From IMG/VR virus record IMGVR_UViG_3300014641_000001, positions 60,266 to 124,265 of that record: 64,000 bases of DNA; one strand, given 5' to 3'. Below are positions 1 through 9,998 of the stretch, one piece after another. Origin of the DNA: a virus (Duplodnaviria; Caudoviricetes). The notes below the pieces were generated by a model that saw nothing but the letters and a program-made list of their open reading frames with translations, had not been told where the DNA came from and did no database searches. Each line of letters opens with the position of its first letter. The first letter of the stretch is position 1. Made by a program: the position numbers and the translations under genes.

Positions 1-1728
1 GAAAGCAAAATAAACCACACCTTGATCTGCGACATAATTTAGCATATCCCAGGCTGTATCAAAGTTCTCCAATGGAGCGTCTAAATTAATATGTGCTATA
101 CTTCCACCTGAACAAGCCTTATCAAGAATAGCACTAAGTCTTATTTTCTCCTGCAATGTAGTTTTCACGCCAAGTGGAATCCACTGGTTGCCATATAGGG
201 GGAGTTCATATGCTTCATCTGGATAAAAGAATCTATCTTTTTCCATAAGAATCGCTGCCGCTCTCTCAGCAGGTATTTCTTCAATATTTATCTGATAGTC
301 TTTATTAGTCCCAAAATCATTCTTTGTATCTGTAATCATTTTCAGAATGTCTTTTGCAAACTCGATGCCATCGGTAGAGTAGAATGTGTTGCTAAACTCG
401 TCTTTATTGGTATATCCAAACTTCTGTAAGGCTTCATAAACACCAATGATGCCAATTGTGTTATATTGAGACTCTATAGACATTACATCTTTTGAATAAT
501 TTGGTAACAATCCTTTCTTTATATTTCTTTCAATAATACCCCTTACACAATCAAGAGCCTGAAGGTTAAGAATCACTAAATCCTTCAATGCACCTAAATA
601 GTCTTCTTTTGTACTATTTTCATATGCAATCCTAGCAAGGTTTATAGTATTTACCTTAATGCTACCTACTTCTAGAGCCGTACCTCCTATCGAATTAAAA
701 TAACCTAGGTTCTTAACATCGCTAATCAGACGACAGCAGTTGCTTAATGAGGTAATATCATCGCTTACAAAAAAGTTACTGTCAGCCCACTTCATATTAT
801 GTTTACAACACCACTTAGCGAAATCTTCGTCTACAAACTTTCCATCTTTACGGAGCAACGAATAAGAAAGTACCGGAAAAGTCATCATGTTCTTACTTCT
901 AACTTCGCTTACCACTTCCATAAAACTCTTCTGGTACTCAATCAGTTCATCAATATAGTCAATAATAAATGTGCCGTCTGGGAATTCTTTGCCGCCATAT
1001 AAAGATTCCATATATGGATGATCAAAGATAGAGAAATTCGTAAACGCCGACTGATTTACTCTCAAATATGGCTGATTTAATTTGTAGATAATCCTTTGGA
1101 ATTCTTGATCCCGGTATCTTTCTGGTGTGCCGGTATAATAACCATCTTCTACATCCTTTTTCCAGAAATAAAATGAGTAAATTAAGAAGCTAGGTAGTCC
1201 ACAAGCTCCTGATGTTCTATTGCTTGTCCAGCTTACAAATTCACCGACAAAATCAGTATATGTAACTAAGTGTTTTGGAGGCTGAGCGTTAAAGTTGTCA
1301 ATAAAATATAGACCTTTCTTCACCAAGCGTTCAATATCATAAGCAAAGCAATATGGTTTCATTGTGGAGCTAGCAGCATCATGTAAATAAAAATGTCCGT
1401 CCCACTCAGCTTTCAACCATTCATTTGCCGTCTTGAATCCATATTTCTTATTTAACTCGTAGTAGATCTTGTTGAACGCAAGCAACTTTGAGTGAGGTTT
1501 ATTCATTTCTGCCTCTAGAGAACAGATATCTTTTGTCCCAGCATTAGCATTACCATCTATACTTGCATCTGCCACAGTCTGTTTATCTACGAAATTGTCA
1601 ATGAAATCAGTATAGCTAAGTTGAGCCTCTGAAAATCCATTCAGTCTTGCCATTTCTTCTCCATACTCATTAAGCATTTTATTAAATGCCGTGGTAAAAT
1701 TTTTATTCAGTTTGATATTAATGTCCAT
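1..1728 (-). CDS. nrdD: Anaerobic (class III) ribonucleoside-triphosphate reductase, 3' end runs off the window
   Basis: Manual translation from ATG at 1728: MDINIKLNKNF...HFYLHDAAS...PYCFAYD...LSNCCRL...IPAERAA...SGGSIAH. These are NrdD-type motifs. No N-terminal ATP cone. Missing from the ORF track because it is truncated. Confidence 0.9.
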   Translation of the reverse strand, partial: MDINIKLNKNFTTAFNKMLNEYGEEMARLNGFSEAQLSYTDFIDNFVDKQTVADASIDGNANAGTKDICSLEAEMNKPHSKLLAFNKIYYELNKKYGFKTANEWLKAEWDGHFYLHDAASSTMKPYCFAYDIERLVKKGLYFIDNFNAQPPKHLVTYTDFVGEFVSWTSNRTSGACGLPSFLIYSFYFWKKDVEDGYYTGTPERYRDQEFQRIIYKLNQPYLRVNQSAFTNFSIFDHPYMESLYGGKEFPDGTFIIDYIDELIEYQKSFMEVVSEVRSKNMMTFPVLSYSLLRKDGKFVDEDFAKWCCKHNMKWADSNFFVSDDITSLSNCCRLISDVKNLGYFNSIGGTALEVGSIKVNTINLARIAYENSTKEDYLGALKDLVILNLQALDCVRGIIERNIKKGLLPNYSKDVMSIESQYNTIGIIGVYEALQKFGYTNKDEFSNTFYSTDGIEFAKDILKMITDTKNDFGTNKDYQINIEEIPAERAAAILMEKDRFFYPDEAYELPLYGNQWIPLGVKTTLQEKIRLSAILDKACSGGSIAHINLDAPLENFDTAWDMLNYVADQGVVYFAF

Positions 1729-1942
1729 TTGTGTCTCCTTGCTCCATTGTTTTTATCCATTTTGTTGCTTCTAAAAAGTCAATAACTACATCATCTACTT
1801 CTAACATAGGGGCCGATAAGAATCCCTTCTCTAACATAACGCTCGTATCATTAATTTCTTCAAAAACAATACTTTTTTCGATTAACTTCTTTTTTAAAAC
1901 TTCACACCTTGGACAATGTGTAGAATATAATTTGATTTGCAA
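1718..1942 (-). CDS. Glutaredoxin/NrdH-like redoxin
   Basis: CPRC motif and SAPMLEVD, adjacent to nrdD. Confidence 0.8.
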   Translation of the reverse strand: MQIKLYSTHCPRCEVLKKKLIEKSIVFEEINDTSVMLEKGFLSAPMLEVDDVVIDFLEATKWIKTMEQGDTNGH

Positions 1943-1961
1943 GTCTCAATCCTCCTCCTTA

Positions 1962-2423
1962 TTAACCGTAATATTTTTCTATGTACTCCAAAGCATCTAA
2001 TCTTGCATCATACCCTGTTTCAATCCTATTACAACACTCGACCACAAACGGGTGACATACTTTCTTTAAATCTAATGGTAATGTACCACCGCCAATCTCA
2101 ATCTCATCATCTTCCAGGAATCCGATAATTGGTTTTCTTGCTTTCCATGCCCAAGCAATTTCCATAATACTTCCTACCGATTGCCTTATACTCTGAAGAT
2201 TAACTAATATTACATCAGCCTTTTCAACCCTGTTATCACAAAATCTAAGGATTTCAGTATCAGACTTATGAAGTTGCTCACGGTAATTATAGTAATTGTT
2301 TGGATTCCAAGCCCTAAAAGAGTCAGAATTATTTTCAAACCATTTAATGCAAATTTCCCTCCACCAGTTACTGTCTTCAAAATTGACTTTTTCTGATGCT
2401 CCACATAACCAAACATGTTTCAT
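1962..2423 (-). CDS. Nucleoside 2-deoxyribosyltransferase-like protein
   Basis: VWLCG...WR...NP...ADVILVNL...SVGSIMEIAWA...KPIIGF pattern of the NDT/Rcl family. Confidence 0.75.
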   Translation of the reverse strand: MKHVWLCGASEKVNFEDSNWWREICIKWFENNSDSFRAWNPNNYYNYREQLHKSDTEILRFCDNRVEKADVILVNLQSIRQSVGSIMEIAWAWKARKPIIGFLEDDEIEIGGGTLPLDLKKVCHPFVVECCNRIETGYDARLDALEYIEKYYG

Positions 2424-2438
2424 TTCACTCCTCCCTTC

Positions 2439-2633
2439 CTATAAGTCCCAATTCGATTTCAAGCTTGATTCACTACTATAGGGTACATTTAACCGCTTTA
2501 GTTCATGGTTCAGTATTGTATCGTAGAAAACTGATACTTCATATCCATGCTTCATCTGCTCAATCTCGATTTCGTAAATATGGCCTTTAATAAATCCCAT
2601 GGCATTTGATTTTCCTTTGTAAGTGCTTAACAT
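2439..2633 (-). CDS. Hypothetical phage protein
   Basis: ORF track; start moved to the ATG after GAGAGA. Confidence 0.6.
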   Translation of the reverse strand: MLSTYKGKSNAMGFIKGHIYEIEIEQMKHGYEVSVFYDTILNHELKRLNVPYSSESSLKSNWDL

Positions 2634-2681
2634 TCTCTCATTGAAAACCATCTTTCATTGATCCTTTCTATCTATCGCCAA

Positions 2682-3383
2682 TCAATATTGGCTAACAGGT
2701 CGCTTTCTGACCTCTTCATTAATAGAATCTACTACTTGTTGTACATCTTTATTTCCATCTACAACGAAATCAACTTCGTCCTTTATTCCTAAGAACATTC
2801 CAAAGTCTCTTTCAACTCTTGAGCATATTTCGTTTTTATCGTCGAATGTAAACTTATCAATTCCACATCTCTTTATGTAACGAATTACTCTGTTTCCAAG
2901 GTTAGTATCAATATATATCGTAAATAAGTTCTTCGAAGTATCAAGGCTTCTGTTTAATTGACGTATTCCATTAGGTGTAAGTACCACCACTCTGTTTCCA
3001 CTCATATATTCGCTTTTTGGTGTACCGTAGAATCTATTTTGAGAATATTCTTCATATTCAGCGAAAAAACCCTCATCTAATAGCTTCTTAAACTCATCAT
3101 TTGATATAAACCAGTAATCTTCACCATTAACCTCATTTTCTCTTTTGTTTCTTGTAGTATAAGAAATGATCTTTTTATATCCTAGTTTTGATACCAAATA
3201 ATCTTCGACCGTTGATTTCCCAGATCCAGAAGCGCCTATCAATATAATTGTATATGGATTATGATTTTTGTTCGTTGGAGTATAACGCTCACCACAAGCG
3301 CTGTTTTTGTCTATCCAACAATTGTTATCTATATGTATGCATCTCTGACAAATAATGCTACTTGGATTTCCCAATTTACTCAC
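2682..3383 (-). CDS. gmk: Guanylate kinase-like protein with short Cys-rich N-terminal extension
   Basis: GASGSGKS P-loop, SYTTR..RENEVNGEDYWF, FYGT. Confidence 0.85.
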   Translation of the reverse strand: MSKLGNPSSIICQRCIHIDNNCWIDKNSACGERYTPTNKNHNPYTIILIGASGSGKSTVEDYLVSKLGYKKIISYTTRNKRENEVNGEDYWFISNDEFKKLLDEGFFAEYEEYSQNRFYGTPKSEYMSGNRVVVLTPNGIRQLNRSLDTSKNLFTIYIDTNLGNRVIRYIKRCGIDKFTFDDKNEICSRVERDFGMFLGIKDEVDFVVDGNKDVQQVVDSINEEVRKRPVSQY

Positions 3384-3957
3384 CTCCCAATACTAATTCT
3401 CTAAACATCGGTAGCTCTTCAACCCATTTACAAAATGCTCTCCATTCAAGGAGTCGGTGATTTCTTCGCTGATAATACATAGTCTTCAACTGCTGATAAT
3501 TTGTAGTAAATCCAGCAGTTAACTCAAACCCGGAAGGAACGTTATATAGAATTGTCAAATATAATTCCATTGCAAACTCAGTCCCTTTGTCTTCCAACCC
3601 GTTATAGACATCAATCATTTCTTGAACTACATCAATTATTCTCTGATCTACATATTCATTACATTGATTTTTAAAAGCAAATTTTGTGATACGATGCATA
3701 GTTGACTGACTGGAAATAAAGTCTATGAAGTGGTACCTCTCTAGCTCCACGGACATCTTGTTTGAAAATCTCATATCAAACTGAACTACTATCCCCTTAA
3801 GGAAGTTATCATGACCTGTGCCTGATTTACATGATCCCAACTTTGTAGTTGTTTTCGTAACTTCTTTTGTACAGTCTTCTGCGTTTACTGCCATTGGCAA
3901 CTTACTTACTCTGATAGCATTTTCAAGACCATAAACATTTACATTGCTAATCTGCAT
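3376..3957 (-). CDS. ThyX-like conserved phage protein
   Basis: GHDNFLKGIVVQFD, ELERYH...SSQSTMHR, NY..L..MY.QR.NHRL.EW; resembles short phage ThyX-fold proteins. Confidence 0.55.
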   Translation of the reverse strand: MQISNVNVYGLENAIRVSKLPMAVNAEDCTKEVTKTTTKLGSCKSGTGHDNFLKGIVVQFDMRFSNKMSVELERYHFIDFISSQSTMHRITKFAFKNQCNEYVDQRIIDVVQEMIDVYNGLEDKGTEFAMELYLTILYNVPSGFELTAGFTTNYQQLKTMYYQRRNHRLLEWRAFCKWVEELPMFRELVLGGE

Positions 3958-3968
3958 TCATTCTCCTC

Positions 3969-4169
3969 CTATCTGTAGTATTTTAATTCTCCATTATCAT
4001 CAAAATTATCAATATTCAAGACGACGGTATTGCCGTCTCTCAAAAATACATTCTCTATTTTTCTGTCATTTCTATATGTGTCTGACCCAATTTTGCCAGC
4101 ACAAACCAAAGCCCTGGGATATTTTAATAATTCCATCGCTAAATCTTCAGCATAAATAATTCCTTTAAT
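3969..4169 (-). CDS. Hypothetical protein (66 aa, ATT start)
   Basis: Open frame after SD GGAGG; not in the ORF track. Confidence 0.55.
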   Translation of the reverse strand: MKGIIYAEDLAMELLKYPRALVCAGKIGSDTYRNDRKIENVFLRDGNTVVLNIDNFDDNGELKYYR

Positions 4170-4240
4170 ATTTTTTTGCCTCCTATATGTAATTGTAAAA
4201 TTGTTGGGATTTTTGTTGATATGATTTAAAACAATGCTTT

Positions 4241-4711
4241 TTAAAGGTTTAGTAATCGTATTGCCCTATCAACATTTTTCTGTTGAAGCCCTTTGTTGAA
4301 TGATGTTTGAACTAATCTGTCCATGAACGGCTTCATATCTGCATCATCATCTATAATAATAAATGACTCTACCGGTTCACCCTTCCAGTTATCAATCCAT
4401 GTTTTTATTTCTTCTCCACGATAGCCGCTTGAAAGTCTTGGAGTTCGTGAAAGGAATGTAATACCATACTCACTTAATTTATCTTCTAGTTTAGTGAAGT
4501 CCTCTGCATTTCTGCTATGTACATCATAATCTCGATCAAACCAACCGATACGCCACGTAGAAGATAGAACAACTTTTGCACCCGTGGCATCAATAATTTC
4601 TTTAAGTAGCTTAATACGATTATCGTTTACAAAATATAATCCTCCGATCTTATCTCGACAGCCATTAAAATTAAGCACTCCATCAATGTCCAAAAATACG
4701 ACCTTGATAAT
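4241..4711 (-). CDS. HAD-superfamily protein (Swiss-army-knife RNA-repair type)
   Basis: VVFLDIDGVLN, VLSSTWR, RGEEI..W, IIIDDD; frame extends to an ATT after GGAGGTG. Confidence 0.85.
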   Translation of the reverse strand: MIKVVFLDIDGVLNFNGCRDKIGGLYFVNDNRIKLLKEIIDATGAKVVLSSTWRIGWFDRDYDVHSRNAEDFTKLEDKLSEYGITFLSRTPRLSSGYRGEEIKTWIDNWKGEPVESFIIIDDDADMKPFMDRLVQTSFNKGLQQKNVDRAIRLLNL

Positions 4712-4744
4712 ATCACCTCCAATTATTCATTTGAAATTTCACTT

Positions 4745-5275
4745 TCATCTTGCCTTTATAGTGTCTGCATATGTCATTACACTATCATAAAAATCTGATA
4801 TACTATTGTAATCACCGGCATCAAATACCGGGATGTCATAAACTTTGGCAATCCTGATTGCCTTACCAGTTCCTCCACTACCTTTACCATTCTTAGTCCA
4901 ACATAACACGAAACTTGAAGGTGTTTTCAAGTCTTTTCCAAGAACCTGATGACTATTTCTTGCTTGTAATTTTCTCGCTCCTTCTTTAAGATTATGCCAA
5001 TAAGGATGATACTTTTGAGCTATGTCAAATGCTTCAATATTTTTCACTACCAAATCAGAGTTAGAACCATTAAATCCTATCCATGGTACATATATTTCTT
5101 TTTCACCATATACTCTATCACATCCCTGTTCAAAAGCTAGGTCAGCACCATCAGCGTGTCCCGATCTTAATATAAAATCGTATTTTGTATCCATCAATTC
5201 ACCGATGTCTCTGAACACACTAAGTACATTTTCTGGTGTTTCTCTTGAACCAATACCTGCATAATAAATATTCAA
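4745..5275 (-). CDS. SLOG/DprA-like nucleotide-binding protein
   Basis: YAGIGSRETP, LRSGHADGADLAFE, ARN..QVLG, GGTG.AIRIA. Confidence 0.75.
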   Translation of the reverse strand: MNIYYAGIGSRETPENVLSVFRDIGELMDTKYDFILRSGHADGADLAFEQGCDRVYGEKEIYVPWIGFNGSNSDLVVKNIEAFDIAQKYHPYWHNLKEGARKLQARNSHQVLGKDLKTPSSFVLCWTKNGKGSGGTGKAIRIAKVYDIPVFDAGDYNSISDFYDSVMTYADTIKAR

Positions 5276-5290
5276 ATATAATTTCTCCTC

Positions 5291-5662
5291 TCAACTACTA
5301 TATTTATTTGCTAGTTCACTTAATATTTGCATTGATTCCTTACTTCCACAAACAGTTGGTTTCTTTTCGCAACCGGAAACCATTTTATTAAAATTGTCAA
5401 AAACAGTCTTTTCAACATTGTCAATTTTTACAGTTGTATATTTCATTAATCTTAAAAATTTTGCGATTTCTTCTTGGCATTTTGGGCATACATCTTTTTG
5501 TTTTATTTCCAAGATTTCTTTGGAAAACTCTGCTGCCTTGACATCGTTATTCATCGCATATACAGATTCGTACTCTAAACTTGGTACTGTGATGTCTGTG
5601 TGTTCACATTCTTTACCACAGTAATCACAGTAATATGTATATATTTCTTTTTTCTTTTCCAT
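5291..5662 (-). CDS. Hypothetical Zn-finger protein
   Basis: CDYCG...CPKC; SD present. Confidence 0.65.
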   Translation of the reverse strand: MEKKKEIYTYYCDYCGKECEHTDITVPSLEYESVYAMNNDVKAAEFSKEILEIKQKDVCPKCQEEIAKFLRLMKYTTVKIDNVEKTVFDNFNKMVSGCEKKPTVCGSKESMQILSELANKYSS

Positions 5663-5686
5663 TTAAACTCCTTTGAAAGTCCAGTT

Positions 5687-6031
5687 TTAACTTGTTTCCA
5701 TATTTTCCAATGCATATCCAAGTGCCTCAGAGAATCCACAACCACCATTATAAAAACTCACTACGTAATTAATTGTTCCGTCCGAGTTCAAGTTGGCGTG
5801 ATAAACATCATCTCCATCTAAGTCAACGTCTTTAATAATCTTATAAATATTGTTTTTATAAATAATAAATTTATTACGGTATTCGTCACAAAAACATTCC
5901 TCCCACGAATCATAATATGGCTTCATTTCTATCCCCTCTTTGTCGCAATATGATTTGCACCATGCCTCTACTGTTTGACAAATTGGAACTATTTTTAACA
6001 ACTTACCAACATGCGTTTCTGTCTGTGACAT
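5687..6031 (-). CDS. Hypothetical phage protein
   Basis: ORF with SD AGGAGG; bounded by junction palindromes. Confidence 0.7.
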   Translation of the reverse strand: MSQTETHVGKLLKIVPICQTVEAWCKSYCDKEGIEMKPYYDSWEECFCDEYRNKFIIYKNNIYKIIKDVDLDGDDVYHANLNSDGTINYVVSFYNGGCGFSEALGYALENMETS

Positions 6032-6213
6032 GTTTAATCCTCCTTATTTTTACGAATAGATGTTAAATTTCATCTGTTCCATATGGTTCTTTTTTGATAT
6101 ATTCTGGCTCTTTTATCAATCGCATCTTCATCGAATCTAAAGCACACTCCACCATCTGACACATTTCACCATTATGTTGAGTCGTATATCTCTTTTGTAA
6201 TCCTTCAAAATGC

Positions 6214-6504
6214 TTAATTGACTTTTCTAATATTGTCATTCAATGATGCCTCCAATTCGTTATATTTTGTTTTTACGCTTTCAATTAATTCACAAAACCA
6301 ATTGTCTGCATAACTTAATACTTTATCAATATCATTAGGATCAACTTCTTCATCATCTGTTTCTCTGCATTCATCTATGTACTCGTCACTATAATTAATT
6401 TCCCACCATGTTTCTCCAAAACTACAGTGTTTCGTGCAGGATAGAGTCCCTATTTTCCCAATGGTTTTTGAATAATCATTATCATTATTTTTAAACCAAT
6501 CCAT
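6214..6504 (-). CDS. Hypothetical acidic protein
   Basis: ORF with SD AAGGAG. Confidence 0.65.
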   Translation of the reverse strand: MDWFKNNDNDYSKTIGKIGTLSCTKHCSFGETWWEINYSDEYIDECRETDDEEVDPNDIDKVLSYADNWFCELIESVKTKYNELEASLNDNIRKVN

Positions 6505-6530
6505 GCTAACTCTCCTTTAAAATCCCAAAT

Positions 6531-7109
6531 TCATTTATCAAATTTTACGTTGTTGAGAATCTGATATAATTCACGGATAACCTTGGCATCATATAAAGCG
6601 TTATGTTTATCTCCTTGAATCTTATCTTCTTTGTAATTTTGATATAAGATGTCTTCTCTGGATTTGTCAAAAGCTTCCTTTGAAGTTATTCCATATTTCC
6701 GAGCAATGTCCTGATTGATATCATAGCACGCAGCGCATACGTTCTTGGGAATATCAAATGCTCCACCAAATAAATCAATAAACAAAACCATGTCGTAGTG
6801 GCAAACATCTGAAACCAGCTCTACCGATTCAAATTGCTTTAACCAATTACGAAGCATCATAGCAACCTCTTGCTTTGTGCCAATTCTATATCCACTAATA
6901 TACTGTTCTTCTGATTCATCTTTTCTGCACACGAGATTGTTTATTACGTTATCAAGCAGAAATTTACTCTTATCTGCATAGACTTGCTTCCAATCGAAAT
7001 CTGACAATTCAGCATAGAAAGTCCGCCTATCTTCTGAAATTAATCCTATGCTCACAAGCGTTGTGCTCTTATGTAATCCAGTAAATTCTGTATCAAAAAA
7101 TATCTTCAT
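6531..7109 (-). CDS. DEDDh 3'-5' exonuclease (Rv2179c-like)
   Basis: IFFDTEFTGL...LVSIG...HNALYDA. Confidence 0.85.
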   Translation of the reverse strand: MKIFFDTEFTGLHKSTTLVSIGLISEDRRTFYAELSDFDWKQVYADKSKFLLDNVINNLVCRKDESEEQYISGYRIGTKQEVAMMLRNWLKQFESVELVSDVCHYDMVLFIDLFGGAFDIPKNVCAACYDINQDIARKYGITSKEAFDKSREDILYQNYKEDKIQGDKHNALYDAKVIRELYQILNNVKFDK

Positions 7110-7150
7110 CTATTCCTCCTTATAAATAATGACTTTCACTATCCTCAAAT

Positions 7151-7579
7151 TTAATCGATCTGTTCAATTTTGATTTCTTGATGAGCAGGAATTACTATTT
7201 CAGGTACGTCAATCAACTTCATAATCTCAATTACTGGTTCGTGGTATTCATAACTCCAATCTGAATAATAAGAGCCTGTTCTGCACATGTACTGATTTAA
7301 GAACAAATTATAATAATCAGTGACGCTAGCTTTGCACGCATAACCGGCCTTTGACTTATCAAAAGAAACTAATTGATACTTAACGCTTCTGTCCTCATAT
7401 TTACCGTCACTTATCCAGTCATCAGTTTCAATTATCCATAGATCATAACTAATCCCATTATTTTCAAATGCGCCAGATAATTCAAGGTTTTCCGTGATGG
7501 CGAATTTATTCTTTACCAGCTCTAATAAATCATCACCACAACTTTTAAATTTCTTAAAATTTTCAACTTTAATATCCAT
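7151..7579 (-). CDS. Hypothetical phage protein
   Basis: ORF with SD; GSYYSDW motif. Confidence 0.7.
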   Translation of the reverse strand: MDIKVENFKKFKSCGDDLLELVKNKFAITENLELSGAFENNGISYDLWIIETDDWISDGKYEDRSVKYQLVSFDKSKAGYACKASVTDYYNLFLNQYMCRTGSYYSDWSYEYHEPVIEIMKLIDVPEIVIPAHQEIKIEQID

Positions 7580-7633
7580 ATTTTCTCCTATTCATGTTGT
7601 TTTTTACTATGAAACTTCCGTTTCAATTTTTAT

Positions 7634-7897
7634 TTAAATATGCCAAACTCCCCTAGTGAATAAACTGTTTGCTAAATATGAAAAATCATTTAATGCTATT
7701 GGTTCATCATAGTCGTCATTAAATTTTTTCAGTAACTTTGTAAAATTATCATAGGCAGCCAAAACTTCATCTTTACGTTTATTCTTTTCAGCAATCAATT
7801 TTTCTCTTTTAGTTTTCTCTTCATTTAAAACTTTTTCATGTTCTAAATATTCCTGCTCTGAATTAAATACTTTGTTATCATCTGAAATATATTTCAT
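7634..7897 (-). CDS. Hypothetical coiled-coil protein
   Basis: ORF with SD AAGGAG. Confidence 0.7.
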   Translation of the reverse strand: MKYISDDNKVFNSEQEYLEHEKVLNEEKTKREKLIAEKNKRKDEVLAAYDNFTKLLKKFNDDYDEPIALNDFSYLANSLFTRGVWHI

Positions 7898-7919
7898 AAT
7901 TATTTTCTCCTTATCTTTT

Positions 7920-8207
7920 TTAAGATTGATTTTGCTTACTCAGCCATTCAATTAATTCTTCTTCTGAAAATTCTTCTGACGTTTCTACATCTGGATTGTA
8001 AAATTGAATTGATGTGTTGTCTACACCTTGATTTAATAGCTGATTTATAATAGAAAATGCATTTTCAACACCAAGTAAATACGCTTTCTTTTCAAGTTCC
8101 GTCATACCATTTGTCATTGTTTTTTCATTGCTTTTCATTAAGCGTTCTGCTTCCTTTGTGTTTACCGCCCAAAATGTTAACTCGTTTAATTCGTCTATCA
8201 TTCTCAT
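7920..8207 (-). CDS. Hypothetical protein
   Basis: ORF track; coupled to the upstream gene. Confidence 0.65.
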   Translation of the reverse strand: MRMIDELNELTFWAVNTKEAERLMKSNEKTMTNGMTELEKKAYLLGVENAFSIINQLLNQGVDNTSIQFYNPDVETSEEFSEEELIEWLSKQNQS

Positions 8208-8208
8208 A

Positions 8209-8415
8209 TTACTTATCCCCTTTCATACCATCTAAATTTAATGACTTCTCACAGAATGATTTAATATCAGCAACACTCTTTCCTTCGTTACACATATTCA
8301 ATACTGCACCAAGGATACCAGTAGCACCTGCTCTCATGCCAGATAACCTAACTTTATTCACCGTATCTTCTGCTGTTTTCTGAAATAACTTTTCTGCATT
8401 TTTATTATTGCTCAT
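8209..8415 (-). CDS. Hypothetical protein
   Basis: ORF with SD AAGGAG. Confidence 0.65.
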   Translation of the reverse strand: MSNNKNAEKLFQKTAEDTVNKVRLSGMRAGATGILGAVLNMCNEGKSVADIKSFCEKSLNLDGMKGDK

Positions 8416-8428
8416 TCCTGCATCTCCT

Positions 8429-8725
8429 TTAATAAATTCTCTCTAGTCCCATATAACCCGAATAAACGATGTGTGTGTCATCATAAAACAGTGTTTTTCC
8501 AATATCCTTTCGTGTCACGTACTGATAAGAGAATCCACATCCTTTATTGTCGGGAATAAATATGTGCCTGAGCCACTTTCTTTTAATGGTTCCACGCAGT
8601 AGCATGTCTTCATCTAGTAACCATGCTGCTGTTTTCATTGATTTTGTAAATTTCATGCACTCCTTCTTTCTATATAGATGAATTGTTGATTTCATTTTTC
8701 CTTTTTTGATGAACACCAAACGCAA
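8429..8725 (-). CDS. Hypothetical protein
   Basis: ORF track; true start probably the ATG near 8695. Confidence 0.6.
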   Translation of the reverse strand: MRLVFIKKGKMKSTIHLYRKKECMKFTKSMKTAAWLLDEDMLLRGTIKRKWLRHIFIPDNKGCGFSYQYVTRKDIGKTLFYDDTHIVYSGYMGLERIY

Positions 8726-8919
8726 TTATATTCCTTCTTAAAATCTGGTGGATCTTTTATCATAAAAGATTCAATAACTTTATTCTCATCTTCTATTAAT
8801 TCACGCTCATATTGTGCATTTAGCAAATAAAATAGTCTTGCTCGTCTACCACGAATTGGTGTATTTTCTGATTCCAATGTTTCTATGGTGCTTCCATTTT
8901 CTAATTCAATCTTCATCAC
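8692..8919 (-). CDS. Hypothetical protein with terminase-like NGSTI..RG.RA segment
   Basis: IELENGSTIETLESENTPIRGRRAR. Confidence 0.55.
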   Translation of the reverse strand: MMKIELENGSTIETLESENTPIRGRRARLFYLLNAQYERELIEDENKVIESFMIKDPPDFKKEYNCVWCSSKKEK

Positions 8920-8948
8920 ATCTCACTAACTTTGAATGGTTTGTTTCA

Positions 8949-9113
8949 TTACAGTTTTTCAATTGTAACTTTGTATTTATCTCCTACGCCTGTATCAGCT
9001 CCTAGTAGTTCATCTAGTGCTGTAACTACATCGGCAGAAAAACTATGTTCATCTGTATCAAAGAACCAATCATTAAAATCATGAACCACTGTACCAATTA
9101 CTTCTGTTTTCAT
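8949..9113 (-). CDS. Hypothetical acidic protein (54 aa)
   Basis: MKTEVIGTVVHDFNDWFF...; SD GGAGG; flanked by palindromes at 8932 and 9126; not in the track. Confidence 0.65.
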   Translation of the reverse strand: MKTEVIGTVVHDFNDWFFDTDEHSFSADVVTALDELLGADTGVGDKYKVTIEKL

Positions 9114-9139
9114 TTATTTCCTCCGATCAAAGTATTATT

Positions 9140-9373
9140 TCAATGTTCAATTGTATCTTCGCCGATAATATCAAAACACTCATTTAACCATTTAAATACA
9201 TTATTTAAGTTATATGAACTATACCCCACATTACACTCTTCCTTGTCAATACAATGATATTTGATCTCATAATATGGTTTTTCAGCAGTCCCATGAACAA
9301 CTATTTCAGCGCTTTTTACTTTTATTCTTACTTTTTCAACATCATTATTTTCTTTCATTGTCACATTGCTCAT
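9140..9373 (-). CDS. Hypothetical protein
   Basis: ORF with SD; stop lies inside a palindrome. Confidence 0.7.
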   Translation of the reverse strand: MSNVTMKENNDVEKVRIKVKSAEIVVHGTAEKPYYEIKYHCIDKEECNVGYSSYNLNNVFKWLNECFDIIGEDTIEH

Positions 9374-9426
9374 ACTGTCTTTTCCTTTCTATTATATTTT
9401 TGCTTTGAATCGTTACTTTCATGCGC

Positions 9427-9636
9427 TTATTTATTCAAAGCATCATGTATAATATCTTCATATTTATTTAACAAAGCATCACGCTTTCTACAAATCGGAG
9501 GTAGACCCTGATATTGATCACACCCTCCTATACTTGCAACTCTGAATAATGAGAAATCTCTTTTCTTGGACTTCTCTGTAATTTCTTCAATAAATAAATA
9601 TAAATCCTTAATACACTGTTTCTCTGTTTTGTCCAT
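9427..9636 (-). CDS. Hypothetical protein
   Basis: ORF with SD. Confidence 0.6.
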   Translation of the reverse strand: MDKTEKQCIKDLYLFIEEITEKSKKRDFSLFRVASIGGCDQYQGLPPICRKRDALLNKYEDIIHDALNK

Positions 9637-9647
9637 ATGACATTCTC

Positions 9648-9974
9648 CTATATTTTTTTAATAATAAACTCGGCCAGATCGTCAGTAGTGTCTTCTGTAA
9701 ATTCTTCAAAGTCATCCATAGTCATAGTTTCGTGTGAAAATGCCGACTTGTCTCTTGTAAGATTGTAAGCGTATGTATCTGTGTAAATGCTAAAGTAGTC
9801 ATTCAGGATTGATACCAGATTATCCTTTAACATTCCTGTTTCGTAATCCAAAAGTCTGTTTGCTAAATAAGAAATAATGCCTGTCTCATCTTTCTCTATT
9901 CTATATTTTAAATATCCGTAATTATCTAAAACATCAATTGATCCATCTTTGTTCTTTTCTAATAATTTATTCAT
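9648..9974 (-). CDS. Hypothetical protein
   Basis: ORF; SD GAGAGG lies in the palindrome spacer. Confidence 0.65.
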   Translation of the reverse strand: MNKLLEKNKDGSIDVLDNYGYLKYRIEKDETGIISYLANRLLDYETGMLKDNLVSILNDYFSIYTDTYAYNLTRDKSAFSHETMTMDDFEEFTEDTTDDLAEFIIKKI

Positions 9975-9998
9975 CTATGAAACCTCTCTTTCAACTGA

